Assembly: GCA_965248195.1 (NCBI GenBank)
Contig: CBDFIQ010000002.1
Coordinates: 864,001-928,000, forward strand
DNA from: Longimicrobiales bacterium
Lineage (GTDB): Bacteria > Gemmatimonadota > Gemmatimonadetes > Longimicrobiales > Gaopeijiaceae
Direction: 5' to 3'
Length of the DNA stretch: 64,000 bases
Positions within the stretch are counted from its first letter, which is position 1, and the number at the start of each line of letters is the position of its first letter. The notes under the pieces were generated by a model. The model searched no databases. It worked only from the letters and a program-made list of their open reading frames with translations, and had not been told where the DNA came from. The position numbers and the translations under genes were made by a program. Of the stretch, positions 10,736 to 20,490 are shown one piece after another.

Positions 10736-11353
10736 ATGGCTGGAATAATCGGAAAAAAAGTCGGCATGACCCGGATCTTCGATGACGGAGGCGCCGCGGT
10801 TCCCGTGACCGTCGTGGAGGCAGGGCCATGCCCCGTGCTTCAGGTCAAGAACGAGGAGACCGACGGTTACACCGCCGTCCAGTTGGGTTTTGGGGTCCAG
10901 AAGGACAAGCAAGCGAGCAAGGCCGAAAAGGGGCATGCCGCCAAGGCGGGCGTCGAAGGAGCTCCTCGTCTCGTTCGGGAGTTCGAACTCTCAGACGGTG
11001 ATGAGTATGAGATCGGGCAAGCGATCACCGTCGATGTGTTCGAGGCCGGTGACCAGGTGAGAGTGACGGGAACCACGAAGGGAAAGGGCTTTCAGGGTGT
11101 GGTGAAGCGCTGGGGCTTCGCGGGCCGTCCCGCGTCGCATGGGCATCCGATGTCCCGAACCCCCGGGTCGATGGGACCCGGTACCGATCCGTCCAGGGTG
11201 ATCAAGGGCAAGAAACTTCCGGGCCGTATGGGTGGTGTTCGTGCCACCATAGGTAATTTGAAGGTCGTGAGAGTGGACCTAGAGCGGAATCTCCTTTTCA
11301 TCAAGGGTGGGGTGCCGGGGTCCAGAAACAGCTATCTGTTGATCCAGAAGTGA
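10736..11353 (+). CDS. rplC: 50S ribosomal protein L3
   Basis: GKKVGMTRIF, KGKGFQGVVKRW. Confidence 0.98.
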   Translation: MAGIIGKKVGMTRIFDDGGAAVPVTVVEAGPCPVLQVKNEETDGYTAVQLGFGVQKDKQASKAEKGHAAKAGVEGAPRLVREFELSDGDEYEIGQAITVDVFEAGDQVRVTGTTKGKGFQGVVKRWGFAGRPASHGHPMSRTPGSMGPGTDPSRVIKGKKLPGRMGGVRATIGNLKVVRVDLERNLLFIKGGVPGSRNSYLLIQK

Positions 11354-11356
11354 CGC

Positions 11357-12583
11357 ATGCTTAAAGCACGCTACTACCAGAACGACGGCTCGGAGGGGAA
11401 GGCTCAGGCTCTCCCCGAATGGCTTTTCGACGGCGTCGTCCACGAGGACGTCCTGCACCAGGTGATCAAGGTCTACCTGTTGAATCAACGGCAGGGTACT
11501 GCTTCGGCCAAGTCCCGGGGCCAGGTCAAGGGCGGGGGCCGCAAGCCGTGGAGGCAGAAGGGGACCGGGCGGGCCCGCGCAGGAACGATCCGCGCCTCGC
11601 AATTTGCGGGGGGCGGGGTCGCGTTTCCGCCCATTCCGCATTCGTGGAGGCAGCGCGTCCCTCGAAAGGTCCGGGCCCTGGCTCGGCGATCCGCGTTTAA
11701 TTCCCGGGCTCAGGGAGACCGGGTAGTCCTGGTGGACCCGCTCGAGTTCGACACTCCCAAGACCAAGAAACTCGTGGAGTTGGTTGGAAAGCTCGGAGCC
11801 GAGGGAAAGGTGCTCCTCCTCACGGATGGCGGGAAGGAAAACGTCTATCTCTCGTCACGAAACCTCCCGGGCGTGGTGGTGCGGCCCTTTGGCGAGGAGT
11901 CCGCCTACGACATCCTCTGGGCCAACCTTCTCGTCATCGAGAAGACGGCGCTCGAGAGTGCCGAACCGTCCGAAACACACAGGGCCGCTATGGAATCGCG
12001 GTCCCGAGGTGAACCCGCGGTGAGGGCGAGGGAAAGGGCTGTCGAGGAGGCGCAGGCGGAGGGAAGGAAGGCAAGGGTGGGGCATGGGACGAAGTCCAGG
12101 AGCGTTACGGCGGTGAAGGCCAAGGCTGAAGTTCAGCCGGAAAGGAAAGCCGCAGCCAAGGCTAAACCGAAGTCCAAGGCCAAGGTCGAATCCGAAGCCT
12201 CGCCGGGGACGGCCAAGACGAAGGTGGCGCCCAAGGCCCAGGCCAAACCCAAGGCTGAGATCAAAGCCAAAGCCACGACCAAGCCCGAAGCCAAGGGGGT
12301 GGCCAAGGCAGAGGCGGCACCCAAGAAGAAGGCTGCACCCAAGAAGAAGGCTGCACCCAAGAAGAAGGCTGCACCGAAATCCTCGGGGGCTTCCAGGAGC
12401 GAGCTGGATCTTTCGGCCATCAAGCTGCCCAAGGTAGGTGACATGCCCGGGTTCCTCGCTCAGTTCGACACCGTATCCGATATCAAGGCCCTTATGGTGC
12501 GTGATTCACGCAAGACGGCCCAGGCCCACTACGAAGCGCGCTTGACGGAGCTTTCAGGTGCGACCAAGGGCAAGAAGGACTGA
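11357..12583 (+). CDS. rplD: 50S ribosomal protein L4 with a ~200-aa C-terminal extension
   Basis: RKPWRQKGTGRARAG core; Ala/Lys/Pro-rich tail and a small C-terminal domain. Confidence 0.97.
   Translation: MLKARYYQNDGSEGKAQALPEWLFDGVVHEDVLHQVIKVYLLNQRQGTASAKSRGQVKGGGRKPWRQKGTGRARAGTIRASQFAGGGVAFPPIPHSWRQRVPRKVRALARRSAFNSRAQGDRVVLVDPLEFDTPKTKKLVELVGKLGAEGKVLLLTDGGKENVYLSSRNLPGVVVRPFGEESAYDILWANLLVIEKTALESAEPSETHRAAMESRSRGEPAVRARERAVEEAQAEGRKARVGHGTKSRSVTAVKAKAEVQPERKAAAKAKPKSKAKVESEASPGTAKTKVAPKAQAKPKAEIKAKATTKPEAKGVAKAEAAPKKKAAPKKKAAPKKKAAPKSSGASRSELDLSAIKLPKVGDMPGFLAQFDTVSDIKALMVRDSRKTAQAHYEARLTELSGATKGKKD
12314..12379 (+). repeat. 18-bp tandem repeat (AAPKKK x3.7) in the rplD tail
   Basis: gctgcacccaagaagaag units. 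Confidence 0.9.
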
Positions 12584-12593
12584 GGGGGCGATA

Positions 12594-12905
12594 ATGAGCG
12601 ACGTCTATGATGTGATTTACGCGCCGGTTGTAACGGAGAAATCGGCAGCCGCGATCGAAAATGACAACGTCTACACGTTCATCGTGGACCGGAAAGCCAA
12701 CAAGATCGATATCTCGAGGGCGGTCGAGGGCATCTGGGATGTGAAGGTGAGCGACGTGCGCACGATGCGGTATCGCGGCAAGGCGAAGCGGGCGCTGATG
12801 GGACGGCTGTCCCGGAACCCGAAAGTCGGGCGCCGCACGGCGTTCAAGAAGGCCGTCGTCCAGTTGGCCGAGGGTGACCACATTGAGTTCTACGAGGTCG
12901 GATAA
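12594..12905 (+). CDS. rplW: 50S ribosomal protein L23
   Basis: [26 protein letters not shown]. Confidence 0.97.
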   Translation: MSDVYDVIYAPVVTEKSAAAIENDNVYTFIVDRKANKIDISRAVEGIWDVKVSDVRTMRYRGKAKRALMGRLSRNPKVGRRTAFKKAVVQLAEGDHIEFYEVG

Positions 12906-12910
12906 GACTG

Positions 12911-13753
12911 ATGGCTATCAAGAAATTCAAACCGATGACGCCCGGGACGCGCTTCCGCTCTGTCGTCGACAACTCCGATATTCTCACGAAGAAAGCCCCG
13001 GAGAGGTCGCTTCTCGAGGGCTTATCGAAGTCCGGCGGCCGCAACCATCACGGTCGCATCACCTCTCGCAGACGGGGGGGTGGGCACAAACGCCGTTACC
13101 GCCGCATCGACTTTCGCCGAGACAAGTTCGGCGTCCCGGGGAAGATCGCAGCCATCGAGTACGATCCGAATCGCAGTTCGAACATCGCCCTGGTTCATTA
13201 TGCGGACGGCGAGAAGCGTTACATTCTTCACCCCCGGGGCCTCCAGGTCGGTACTTCCATAATGTCGGGCCCCGATGCCGACATCCGAGTGGGTAACACA
13301 CTTCCGCTGGCCAGGGTTCCTCTCGGTACGGTGGTGCACAACATCGAGCTCAAGCCGGGCAAGGGCGGGCAGATGGCGCGCTCCGCAGGGGCGAGTGTGC
13401 AGGTGGTCGCCAAGGAGGGGAAGTACGTTGCCCTCCGCCTGCCTTCGACCGAGGTGCGGCAGGTGCTCAAGACCTGTTTGGCCACGATCGGGCAGGTCGG
13501 CAACATCGAGCACAACCTCCAGACCCTCGGCAAGGCGGGAGCCAACCGCTGGCGGGGTCGGCGGCCGAAGGTAAGGGGAGTGGCGATGAACCCGGTGGAC
13601 CATCCGCTCGGTGGCGGAGAGGGGCGGGCTTCAGGTGGTCGGCCTCCGGTAACGCCATGGGGTAAACGTGAGGGCAAGAAGACGAGGAATAGGAAGAAAA
13701 AATCCAACAAGTACATCATCCGCGGACGCAAGCGGGGCAAGGCGACGCAATGA
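12911..13753 (+). CDS. rplB: 50S ribosomal protein L2
   Basis: [17 protein letters not shown]. Confidence 0.99.
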   Translation: MAIKKFKPMTPGTRFRSVVDNSDILTKKAPERSLLEGLSKSGGRNHHGRITSRRRGGGHKRRYRRIDFRRDKFGVPGKIAAIEYDPNRSSNIALVHYADGEKRYILHPRGLQVGTSIMSGPDADIRVGNTLPLARVPLGTVVHNIELKPGKGGQMARSAGASVQVVAKEGKYVALRLPSTEVRQVLKTCLATIGQVGNIEHNLQTLGKAGANRWRGRRPKVRGVAMNPVDHPLGGGEGRASGGRPPVTPWGKREGKKTRNRKKKSNKYIIRGRKRGKATQ

Positions 13754-13853
13754 AGTCCCGAATCTCGACGGACCATGGCATACCGGGTACCCGTGCGATG
13801 GCACGGGTGGCGGCTCACTCTACTTCTTCCGCAGCCTTCTAGAGGGCGAATTT

Positions 13854-14141
13854 ATGCCGCGTAGCATCAAAAAGGGCCCGTACATCAACGAAAAGCTACT
13901 CGCGAAGGTCGACATCATGAACGCCCGCAATGAGAAAAACGTCATCAAGACCTGGGCGAGGGCGTCCACGATTTCACCGGACTTCGTCGGGCATACTATC
14001 GCGGTGCACAACGGCAACAAGTTTATACCCGTGTACATCACGGAAAACATGGTGGGCCACAAGCTCGGAGAGTTCTCCCCCACGCGCCTGTTCAGGGGTC
14101 ACGGTGGAAAACTTTCCGACAAACGGTCCACGATAGGATAG
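13854..14141 (+). CDS. rpsS: 30S ribosomal protein S19
   Basis: [23 protein letters not shown]. Confidence 0.98.
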   Translation: MPRSIKKGPYINEKLLAKVDIMNARNEKNVIKTWARASTISPDFVGHTIAVHNGNKFIPVYITENMVGHKLGEFSPTRLFRGHGGKLSDKRSTIG

Positions 14142-14149
14142 CGGGAAGA

Positions 14150-14506
14150 ATGGACATACAGGCCAAGGCGATTGCCCGACAGGTGCGGATGAGTCCACGG
14201 AAGGTCCGCTTGGTGGTGGACCAGATCCGCGGGAAGTCGGTAAACGAGGCCTACGCGATTCTTCAGTTTTCGAAGAAGGCAGCCGCGGATGCGGTCGGGA
14301 AAACACTCCGATCGGCGGTGGCGAACGCCCAGAATAAGGCGCAGGATTCGGGGGATGTCCTCGATGTCGACGAATTGAGGATAACGACCGCCTTCGTCGA
14401 TGGGGGACCGACGCAGAGGCGTTGGCGCGCGGCGGCCATGGGCCGGGCGGCTCCCCTTCGGAAGCGGACGAGCCATATCACCGTTGTCGTGGACACCAGG
14501 AAATAG
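14150..14506 (+). CDS. rplV: 50S ribosomal protein L22
   Basis: [24 protein letters not shown]. Confidence 0.98.
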   Translation: MDIQAKAIARQVRMSPRKVRLVVDQIRGKSVNEAYAILQFSKKAAADAVGKTLRSAVANAQNKAQDSGDVLDVDELRITTAFVDGGPTQRRWRAAAMGRAAPLRKRTSHITVVVDTRK

Positions 14507-14507
14507 T

Positions 14508-15167
14508 ATGGGACAGAAAACTCACCCGTTGGGATTTCGACTCGGGATCGTCAAAGATTGGCGGTCTCGCTGGTACGCCGATCGTGATTTTCCGCGCATG
14601 CTTCAGGAGGACGAAAAGATCCGTACCTACCTCGAGCGGCGGCTGGCGCACGCGGCGTTGTCCAGGGTGGAGATCGAGCAGAAGCCGTCGAAGATCGTCG
14701 TGACTCTTTTCACCGCCCGACCCGGTGTCGTCATCGGCAAGCGTGGTGCCGAGGTCGACAAATTGAGGGACGAGCTGGCGCTGGTCACCAACGCCGACAT
14801 CTCGGTAAACGTGGAAGAAATTCGGCGTCCCGAGGTCGATGCTCGGCTGGTGGCGGAGAACGTGGCCCACCAGCTGCGGCAGCGGATCTCCTTTCGGCGA
14901 GCGATGAAACGAGCGGTCCAGTCGGCGATTCGGGGTGGAGCAGAGGGCATCAAGATTCAGTGTGCGGGCCGGTTGGGTGGTGCGGAGATCGCACGAACCG
15001 AGGGTTACAACGAGGGACGTGTGCCCCTGCATACGCTCCGCGCCGACATCGACTACGCACAGATACACGCGAATACGACGTACGGAATCGTCGGGGTGAA
15101 GTGCTGGATCTTCACCGGCGAAGTGGTCGAGGAGCGCCGCGGGCGCACGTACTCCACCGGCTCATGA
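14508..15167 (+). CDS. rpsC: 30S ribosomal protein S3
   Basis: [27 protein letters not shown]. Confidence 0.98.
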   Translation: MGQKTHPLGFRLGIVKDWRSRWYADRDFPRMLQEDEKIRTYLERRLAHAALSRVEIEQKPSKIVVTLFTARPGVVIGKRGAEVDKLRDELALVTNADISVNVEEIRRPEVDARLVAENVAHQLRQRISFRRAMKRAVQSAIRGGAEGIKIQCAGRLGGAEIARTEGYNEGRVPLHTLRADIDYAQIHANTTYGIVGVKCWIFTGEVVEERRGRTYSTGS

Positions 15168-15190
15168 CGAAGAGGAATGAGGAATAGAGA

Positions 15191-15610
15191 ATGCTAGCGC
15201 CCAAACGAGTAAAACACCGCAAGACCCATAAGGGCCGGATGCGTGGCAAGGCCTATCGCGGCAATAAGGTCTCCTTCGGTGAATACGGTCTGCAGACGAC
15301 CGAGTGCGGCTGGATCTCGAACCGACAGATCGAAGCCGCCCGTGTTGCGATGACCCGTCACATGAAGCGGGGTGGGAAGGTTTGGATCCGGATTTTTCCG
15401 GACAAGCCGATCACCTCCAAGCCCGCCGAAACCCGCATGGGGAAGGGAAAGGGTAATCCCGAGGGTTGGGTGGCCGTGGTCAAACCCGGCCGAATGATGT
15501 TCGAACTCGAGGGTGTGCCTGAGGAGACCGCACGGCGGGCTATGGAGTTGGCGGCAGCCAAGCTGCCGGTGGCCACACAGTTCGTCGCTCGTGAGCGGCA
15601 ACTAGGTTAG
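15191..15610 (+). CDS. rplP: 50S ribosomal protein L16
   Basis: [16 protein letters not shown]. Confidence 0.98.
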   Translation: MLAPKRVKHRKTHKGRMRGKAYRGNKVSFGEYGLQTTECGWISNRQIEAARVAMTRHMKRGGKVWIRIFPDKPITSKPAETRMGKGKGNPEGWVAVVKPGRMMFELEGVPEETARRAMELAAAKLPVATQFVARERQLG

Positions 15611-15617
15611 TGAGGAG

Positions 15618-15893
15618 ATGATGAAGGCCGCAGATATTCGCGATTGGGATGATGTCGAGATCCGGGCACGGCTCGGAGAGTTGAGAGAGGAGAAATTTCG
15701 CCTTCGCTTTCGGATGGGGACCATGGAACTCGAGAATCCCAAGATGCTTCAGCACATTCGGCGGGACGTTGCGCGCCTGAACACAATTCTTCGGGAGCGA
15801 GAGCTTTCTGAGACTGCGGATGAGACGCCCGAGACGACGGACGAGACGACGGACGAGACGACGGACGAGACGACGGACGAGACGACGGAATAG
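15618..15893 (+). CDS. rpmC: 50S ribosomal protein L29 with an acidic repeat tail
   Basis: FRLRF...LENP...IRRDVARLNT; operon position. Confidence 0.95.
   Translation: MMKAADIRDWDDVEIRARLGELREEKFRLRFRMGTMELENPKMLQHIRRDVARLNTILRERELSETADETPETTDETTDETTDETTDETTE
15831..15890 (+). repeat. 5 x 12-bp repeat (ETTD) at the rpmC 3' end
   Basis: gagacgacggac units. Confidence 0.9.
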
Positions 15894-15905
15894 AGCGGAA
15901 TTGTT

Positions 15906-16250
15906 ATGACAGAAAAAACATCCGAGACGGTCGAGCAGGCTGAGGTGGCTGAGGCGGCTGAGGTGGCTGAGGTGGCTGAGGTGGCGGAGGTGGGCGGAGC
16001 CCGGCTGCGGCGTAAAATTCGGACCGGGGTGGTGGTGTCCGACCAGAATGACAAGACGGTGACTGTACTCGTAGAACGGCAGTTCGCCCATCCGCTCTAT
16101 ACGAAGCAGGTTAAGAAAACCAAGAAATACCGGGCGCATGACGAAAACAACGAATATAAAACGGGTGATGTGGTTCGGATTACCGAAACACGGCCGCTCT
16201 CGAAAACGAAACGGTGGCGTGTCATAGGGCTGCACGAACGCTCTGAGTAA
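15906..16250 (+). CDS. rpsQ: 30S ribosomal protein S17 with an acidic N-terminal repeat extension
   Basis: [31 protein letters not shown]. Confidence 0.97.
   Translation: MTEKTSETVEQAEVAEAAEVAEVAEVAEVGGARLRRKIRTGVVVSDQNDKTVTVLVERQFAHPLYTKQVKKTKKYRAHDENNEYKTGDVVRITETRPLSKTKRWRVIGLHERSE
15939..15992 (+). repeat. 6 x 9-bp repeat (AEV) at the rpsQ 5' end
   Basis: gctgaggtg units. Confidence 0.9.
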
Positions 16251-16265
16251 TGGGACTAGGACGAA

Positions 16266-16634
16266 ATGATTCAGCAGGAATCGATGCTCAAAATTGCCGA
16301 TAACTCGGGAGCCAAGAGCGCATTGTGTATTCGCGTTCTGGGCGGCTCGAAGCGCCGATACGCGAGTATCGGCGATGTGGTCGTCGTGACCGTCAAGGAT
16401 GCCATTCCAAACTCGCCCGTAAAAAAGGGTGAGGTCGTAAGGGCCGTGATCGTGCGGACCGCCAAGGAGGTACGGCGCCGCGACGGAACCTATATCCGTT
16501 TCGACGACAACGCGGCGGTGCTGCTCACGCCACAGGGAGAGCCTCAGGGGACACGCATCTTCGGCCCGGTCGGCCGTGAGCTGCGTGAGAAGCGATATAT
16601 GAAAATCGTTTCATTGGCTCCGGAGGTGCTTTGA
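16266..16634 (+). CDS. rplN: 50S ribosomal protein L14
   Basis: [21 protein letters not shown]. Confidence 0.99.
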   Translation: MIQQESMLKIADNSGAKSALCIRVLGGSKRRYASIGDVVVVTVKDAIPNSPVKKGEVVRAVIVRTAKEVRRRDGTYIRFDDNAAVLLTPQGEPQGTRIFGPVGRELREKRYMKIVSLAPEVL

Positions 16635-16972
16635 TGGCCAGGAAGAAGTTGCCGTCGAGCATCGTCAAAGGGGATCGCGTCCGGGTCATCCGCGGTAACT
16701 TCCGTGATATGGAAGGGCCCGTTCTCAGGGTAATCCCTGCCAAGGAGCGCGTGGTTATAGAGGGCGTCAACATGCGGAAGCGCCATGAGAGACCCAGCGA
16801 AGCAAATCCCGAGGGTGGGATTGTGACGTTTGAAGCGCCGATCCATGTCTCCAACGTCATGCTGGTGGATCCGGCTGGGGGTCAGGCGAGTCGGATTCGC
16901 GTTCGGACGGAGGCTGATGGTGCCAAGGAGAGGATCGCCGTGAAGACCGGCAATCCGATCCCCAAACCGTAA
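16634..16972 (+). CDS. rplX: 50S ribosomal protein L24
   Basis: KGDRVRVIRG, EAPIHVSNVML. Confidence 0.97.
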   Translation: MARKKLPSSIVKGDRVRVIRGNFRDMEGPVLRVIPAKERVVIEGVNMRKRHERPSEANPEGGIVTFEAPIHVSNVMLVDPAGGQASRIRVRTEADGAKERIAVKTGNPIPKP

Positions 16973-16988
16973 GTGGGGGCGTAGGAGA

Positions 16989-17564
16989 ATGGAGCCCAGA
17001 CTACTGAGACATTACAAGGAATATGCGCGGCCCAAATTGGCCGAGCAGTTCCAGTGGAATAACCCGAACCGGATCCCCAAAATCGAGAAAATCGTCCTGA
17101 ACGTTGGTGTGGGCGAGGCGTCGAAGAACGCCAAGCTCCTGACTGCCGTGGTCGATGAATTGGGTGTGATCACCGGACAGAAGGCCGTGGTGACCCGGGC
17201 GCGGAGATCCGTTTCGAATTTCCAGTTGCGTCAGGGAATGCCTATCGGAGCAACGGTGACGCTGCGGAAGAGCCGGATGTACGAGTTTCTGGATCGTCTC
17301 GTGAGCGTGGCCATCCCGCGTGTCCGAGACTTCCGCGGGTTACGTACGCGCTCCTTCGACGGCCGTGGTAACTTCACGATGGGCGTTCGGGAGCAGATCA
17401 TTTTTCCGGAGATCGACTTCGACAAGGTCGGTCAGATTCACGGAATGGACATCACCGTGGTCACGACCACGGATAAAGACGATGAAGCACTGGCACTGCT
17501 CAGGGCGATGGGCTTTCCGTTCCGGGGGGAAATTCCGGTAATCATCGAGCAGAACGCCAACTAA
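16989..17564 (+). CDS. rplE: 50S ribosomal protein L5
   Basis: KIVLNVGVG, SFDGRGNFTMG, IIFPEI. Confidence 0.98.
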   Translation: MEPRLLRHYKEYARPKLAEQFQWNNPNRIPKIEKIVLNVGVGEASKNAKLLTAVVDELGVITGQKAVVTRARRSVSNFQLRQGMPIGATVTLRKSRMYEFLDRLVSVAIPRVRDFRGLRTRSFDGRGNFTMGVREQIIFPEIDFDKVGQIHGMDITVVTTTDKDDEALALLRAMGFPFRGEIPVIIEQNAN

Positions 17565-17582
17565 CACGGATAGGGGAAGTCG

Positions 17583-17768
17583 ATGGCCAGGAAGGCTCTG
17601 ATCGAAAGGAACAATCGCAAGCCCAAGTTCCCGGGCCGGCACCGCAATCGCTGTAATCGGTGCGGACGCCCTCGTGGGTTCATCCGGAAGTTTGGACTCT
17701 GCCGTATCTGTTTCCGCCAGAAGGCGCTCCAAGGTGAAATTCCGGGCGTCCGAAAAGCAAGCTGGTAA
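17583..17768 (+). CDS. rpsN: 30S ribosomal protein S14 (zinc-binding type Z)
   Basis: [10 protein letters not shown]...LCRICFR...PGVRKASW. Confidence 0.97.
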   Translation: MARKALIERNNRKPKFPGRHRNRCNRCGRPRGFIRKFGLCRICFRQKALQGEIPGVRKASW

Positions 17769-17783
17769 GGATCGAATCGAACA

Positions 17784-18176
17784 ATGATGACTGACCCCAT
17801 CGCGGATATGCTCACTCGGATCCGGAACGCCGGAGCCGCAGGGCACAAGTGGGTGGACATGCCGGTCTCGAAGCTGAAGACCAAGGTGGCCGACCTACTG
17901 AAGGACAACCACTTTATTTATGATTTCAAGGTCTTGGACGACGGTCGATTCGGGGTGCTTCGTGTGTATCTGAAATATCACGAAGAGGGCCCCGTCATCC
18001 GGCATTTGGAGCGGGTCTCCCGTCCGGGCCGGAGACGCTACGTGGCCCTCGACGAGATTCCACGGGTTCGGAATGGGCTGGGGATGGCCATCCTTTCCAC
18101 GTCGCAAGGCCTGATGTCGGACCGAGTGGCTCGTAAACGGGGCGTTGGCGGAGAACTCATGGCCCTCGTCTGGTAA
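17784..18176 (+). CDS. rpsH: 30S ribosomal protein S8
   Basis: DPIADMLTRIRNA, ILSTSQG. Confidence 0.98.
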   Translation: MMTDPIADMLTRIRNAGAAGHKWVDMPVSKLKTKVADLLKDNHFIYDFKVLDDGRFGVLRVYLKYHEEGPVIRHLERVSRPGRRRYVALDEIPRVRNGLGMAILSTSQGLMSDRVARKRGVGGELMALVW

Positions 18177-18205
18177 ATCGGAATCGAGATTGAACGAGAT
18201 AGCAG

Positions 18206-18751
18206 ATGTCACGGATTGGTAAACAGCCGATTGAAGTTCCCCAGGGGGCCGACGTGACCCTCAACGGGCAAGCAGTGCACGTAAGGGGTCCGAAGGGGGA
18301 GCTCACCTTCGATGTCCATCCGGACATCAGTGTGACCATGGACGACCGAGTGGTTAAGGTGACGAGGTCTTCTGACGAGCCCAAGCACCGTGCTCTACAC
18401 GGTCTGACCCGAATGTTGGTCGCCAACATGGTCGAGGGTGTCACGAACGGGTACAGCAAGACACTGGAGATTCAGGGCGTCGGGTATCGTGCCATAAAAA
18501 AGGGCTCCGGCATCCAGTTGCACCTTGGCTTCTCGCACACGATCGATTATCCGGCTCCAGACGATGTAAGCCTGGACCTGCCGGACCAGACGACGATTGT
18601 CATCACAGGAGTGGACAAGCAGAAGGTGGGCCAGGCGGCTGCCGAGATTCGCGCCTTCCGGCCACCCGAGCCGTATAAGGGCAAGGGGATTCGGTACAAG
18701 GGCGAATATGTACGGCGTAAGGCCGGCAAGACCGCGGGAGCCGAGCGGTAG
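18206..18751 (+). CDS. rplF: 50S ribosomal protein L6
   Basis: MSRIGKQPI, RPPEPYKGKGIRY. Confidence 0.98.
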   Translation: MSRIGKQPIEVPQGADVTLNGQAVHVRGPKGELTFDVHPDISVTMDDRVVKVTRSSDEPKHRALHGLTRMLVANMVEGVTNGYSKTLEIQGVGYRAIKKGSGIQLHLGFSHTIDYPAPDDVSLDLPDQTTIVITGVDKQKVGQAAAEIRAFRPPEPYKGKGIRYKGEYVRRKAGKTAGAER

Positions 18752-19135
18752 ATGAGCAACAAGAAATCCGTTACCACCCGCGAGGGCCAGCGCAAACGAC
18801 GGCACGCCCGCGTTCGTAAGAAGATCTGGGGCACGGCGGGGCGCCCGCGGCTCGTCGTGTTCCGATCATTGAAGAATTTCGAGGGTCAGGTCGTCGATGA
18901 CGATGCGGGGCGGACGCTTGTGGGTCTTTCCACGCTTTGCGCTGATCTCTCCAACTTCAAGGCCGAGGGTCGAAACGTGGGGGTCGAGCGGGCCAGAGCC
19001 GCCGGCAAGCTCCTCGCTGATCGGGCCAAAGCCATTGGGGTGGAGGCGGTCGTGTTCGATCGCGCAGGATACCAGTATCATGGCCGGGTGAAAGCCTTCG
19101 CAGAGGGCGCCCGGGAGGGAGGACTGAAGTTCTGA
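18752..19135 (+). CDS. rplR: 50S ribosomal protein L18
   Basis: [23 protein letters not shown]. Confidence 0.98.
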   Translation: MSNKKSVTTREGQRKRRHARVRKKIWGTAGRPRLVVFRSLKNFEGQVVDDDAGRTLVGLSTLCADLSNFKAEGRNVGVERARAAGKLLADRAKAIGVEAVVFDRAGYQYHGRVKAFAEGAREGGLKF

Positions 19136-19668
19136 TGGCCAGAGACCAGAAACGTAAACAGGGTCGAGCGCGCGAATCCGAGTTCGCCGAAAACGTGATC
19201 CATATCAACCGGGTGGCCAAGGTGGTAAAGGGTGGTCGCAGGTTCTCCTTTACGGCGTTGGTGTCCGTCGGAGATCAGAAGGGTCGGGTCGGTATCGGGC
19301 TCGCCAAGGCGAATGAGGTCGCCGAAGCCATCCGTAAGGCGTTCGAGCGGGGCAAGCGGGAGCTCATAGAGATTCCCGTCCAGAACGGGACCATTCCGCA
19401 CGAAATCGTTGGCGAGTGGGGTGCCGGCCGTGTGATGCTTCGTCCGGCGGCGCCCGGTACGGGCGTGATCGCAGGTGGCCCGGTCCGGTCGGTACTCGAG
19501 GCGGTGGGGATCAAGGACATCCTGACCAAAAGCCTGGGCAGCAACAACCCGATTAATGTCGTCCGCGCCACGATGGACGGTCTCACGCACCTGGTCACCG
19601 CCGAGCAAGTTGCTCGCGAACGGGGCGTGTCCGTGGAGGTAATTCTGGGGATCGGCGACGATGCCTAA
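19135..19668 (+). CDS. rpsE: 30S ribosomal protein S5
   Basis: [22 protein letters not shown]. Confidence 0.98.
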   Translation: MARDQKRKQGRARESEFAENVIHINRVAKVVKGGRRFSFTALVSVGDQKGRVGIGLAKANEVAEAIRKAFERGKRELIEIPVQNGTIPHEIVGEWGAGRVMLRPAAPGTGVIAGGPVRSVLEAVGIKDILTKSLGSNNPINVVRATMDGLTHLVTAEQVARERGVSVEVILGIGDDA

Positions 19669-19846
19669 GAAACTGGCCATAACGCAGGTCCGCAGTGGTG
19701 TGGGGCGGAAGTTCAAGCATCGCCGTACGTTGTCGGCGCTCGGCTTCAAGAAGCACCAGCAGACGGTGGTCCACGACGACAGCCCGGCTCTTCGCGGTAT
19801 GTTGCGGCAAGTCCACTACCTCGTTCAAGTCAATGAGATTGAGTAA
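19661..19846 (+). CDS. rpmD: 50S ribosomal protein L30
   Basis: ITQVRSG...LSALG...RGMLRQV; operon position. Confidence 0.95.
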   Translation: MPKKLAITQVRSGVGRKFKHRRTLSALGFKKHQQTVVHDDSPALRGMLRQVHYLVQVNEIE

Positions 19847-20490
19847 TGGCTGAGTTACACGAGCTACGTCCCGCGGCTGGGTCGCACCGGAGCGGCAAGC
19901 GAAAGGGTCGGGGTCCAGGGTCCGGGAAGGGCAAAACCGCCGGACGTGGCGAGAATGGGCAAAAATCCCGAAGTGGTGGCTCGGTCCGCCCGGGTTTCGA
20001 AGGCGGTCAGATGCCGCTGCAGCGCCGCATTCCGAAGCGCGGGTTCACGCCCCGTAGACGCCACGTCTACCAGATCGTGAACGTGGGGCAGCTGGCTCGC
20101 GTGGAGGGCATGACCGTCAACGCTCAAACGCTGAGGGACGCGGGCTTGATCCGCTCTACCAAGGGCCTAATCAAAGTCCTTGCCATGGGCGAGCTGAGTC
20201 AGGCGTACTCGGTCGAGGCGCATAAGTTCAGTGGAGGCGCCGCGGCCAAGATCGAGGCGGCCGGCGGAAGCGTCACCACGTTGGGTCCGGTGGTCAGAGC
20301 GGCGGATCCGGCGGTCAAGGCCGAACCGGCACTGAAAGCCCAACCGGCAGTGGCGCCGGAACCCGAGGCTGCTGCGGAGCCCGATCCGGAACCCGCGGCA
20401 GATCCAGAAACGGCGTCGGATTCGGAATCGGACGTAGACTCGGAGCCGGTCGGCGATTCGGACTTGGCGGAAGCGGAGAACGATGGCTAA
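19846..20490 (+). CDS. rplO: 50S ribosomal protein L15 with an acidic Pro/Ala C-terminal extension
   Basis: GRGPGSGKGKTAGRG, GFEGGQMPL. Confidence 0.97.
   Translation: MAELHELRPAAGSHRSGKRKGRGPGSGKGKTAGRGENGQKSRSGGSVRPGFEGGQMPLQRRIPKRGFTPRRRHVYQIVNVGQLARVEGMTVNAQTLRDAGLIRSTKGLIKVLAMGELSQAYSVEAHKFSGGAAAKIEAAGGSVTTLGPVVRAADPAVKAEPALKAQPAVAPEPEAAAEPDPEPAADPETASDSESDVDSEPVGDSDLAEAENDG

Noticed and set aside
13789..13808. 8-bp hairpin in the rplB-rpsS spacer as a terminator
   Set aside because: No U-tract and mid-operon; at most a stability or processing element.
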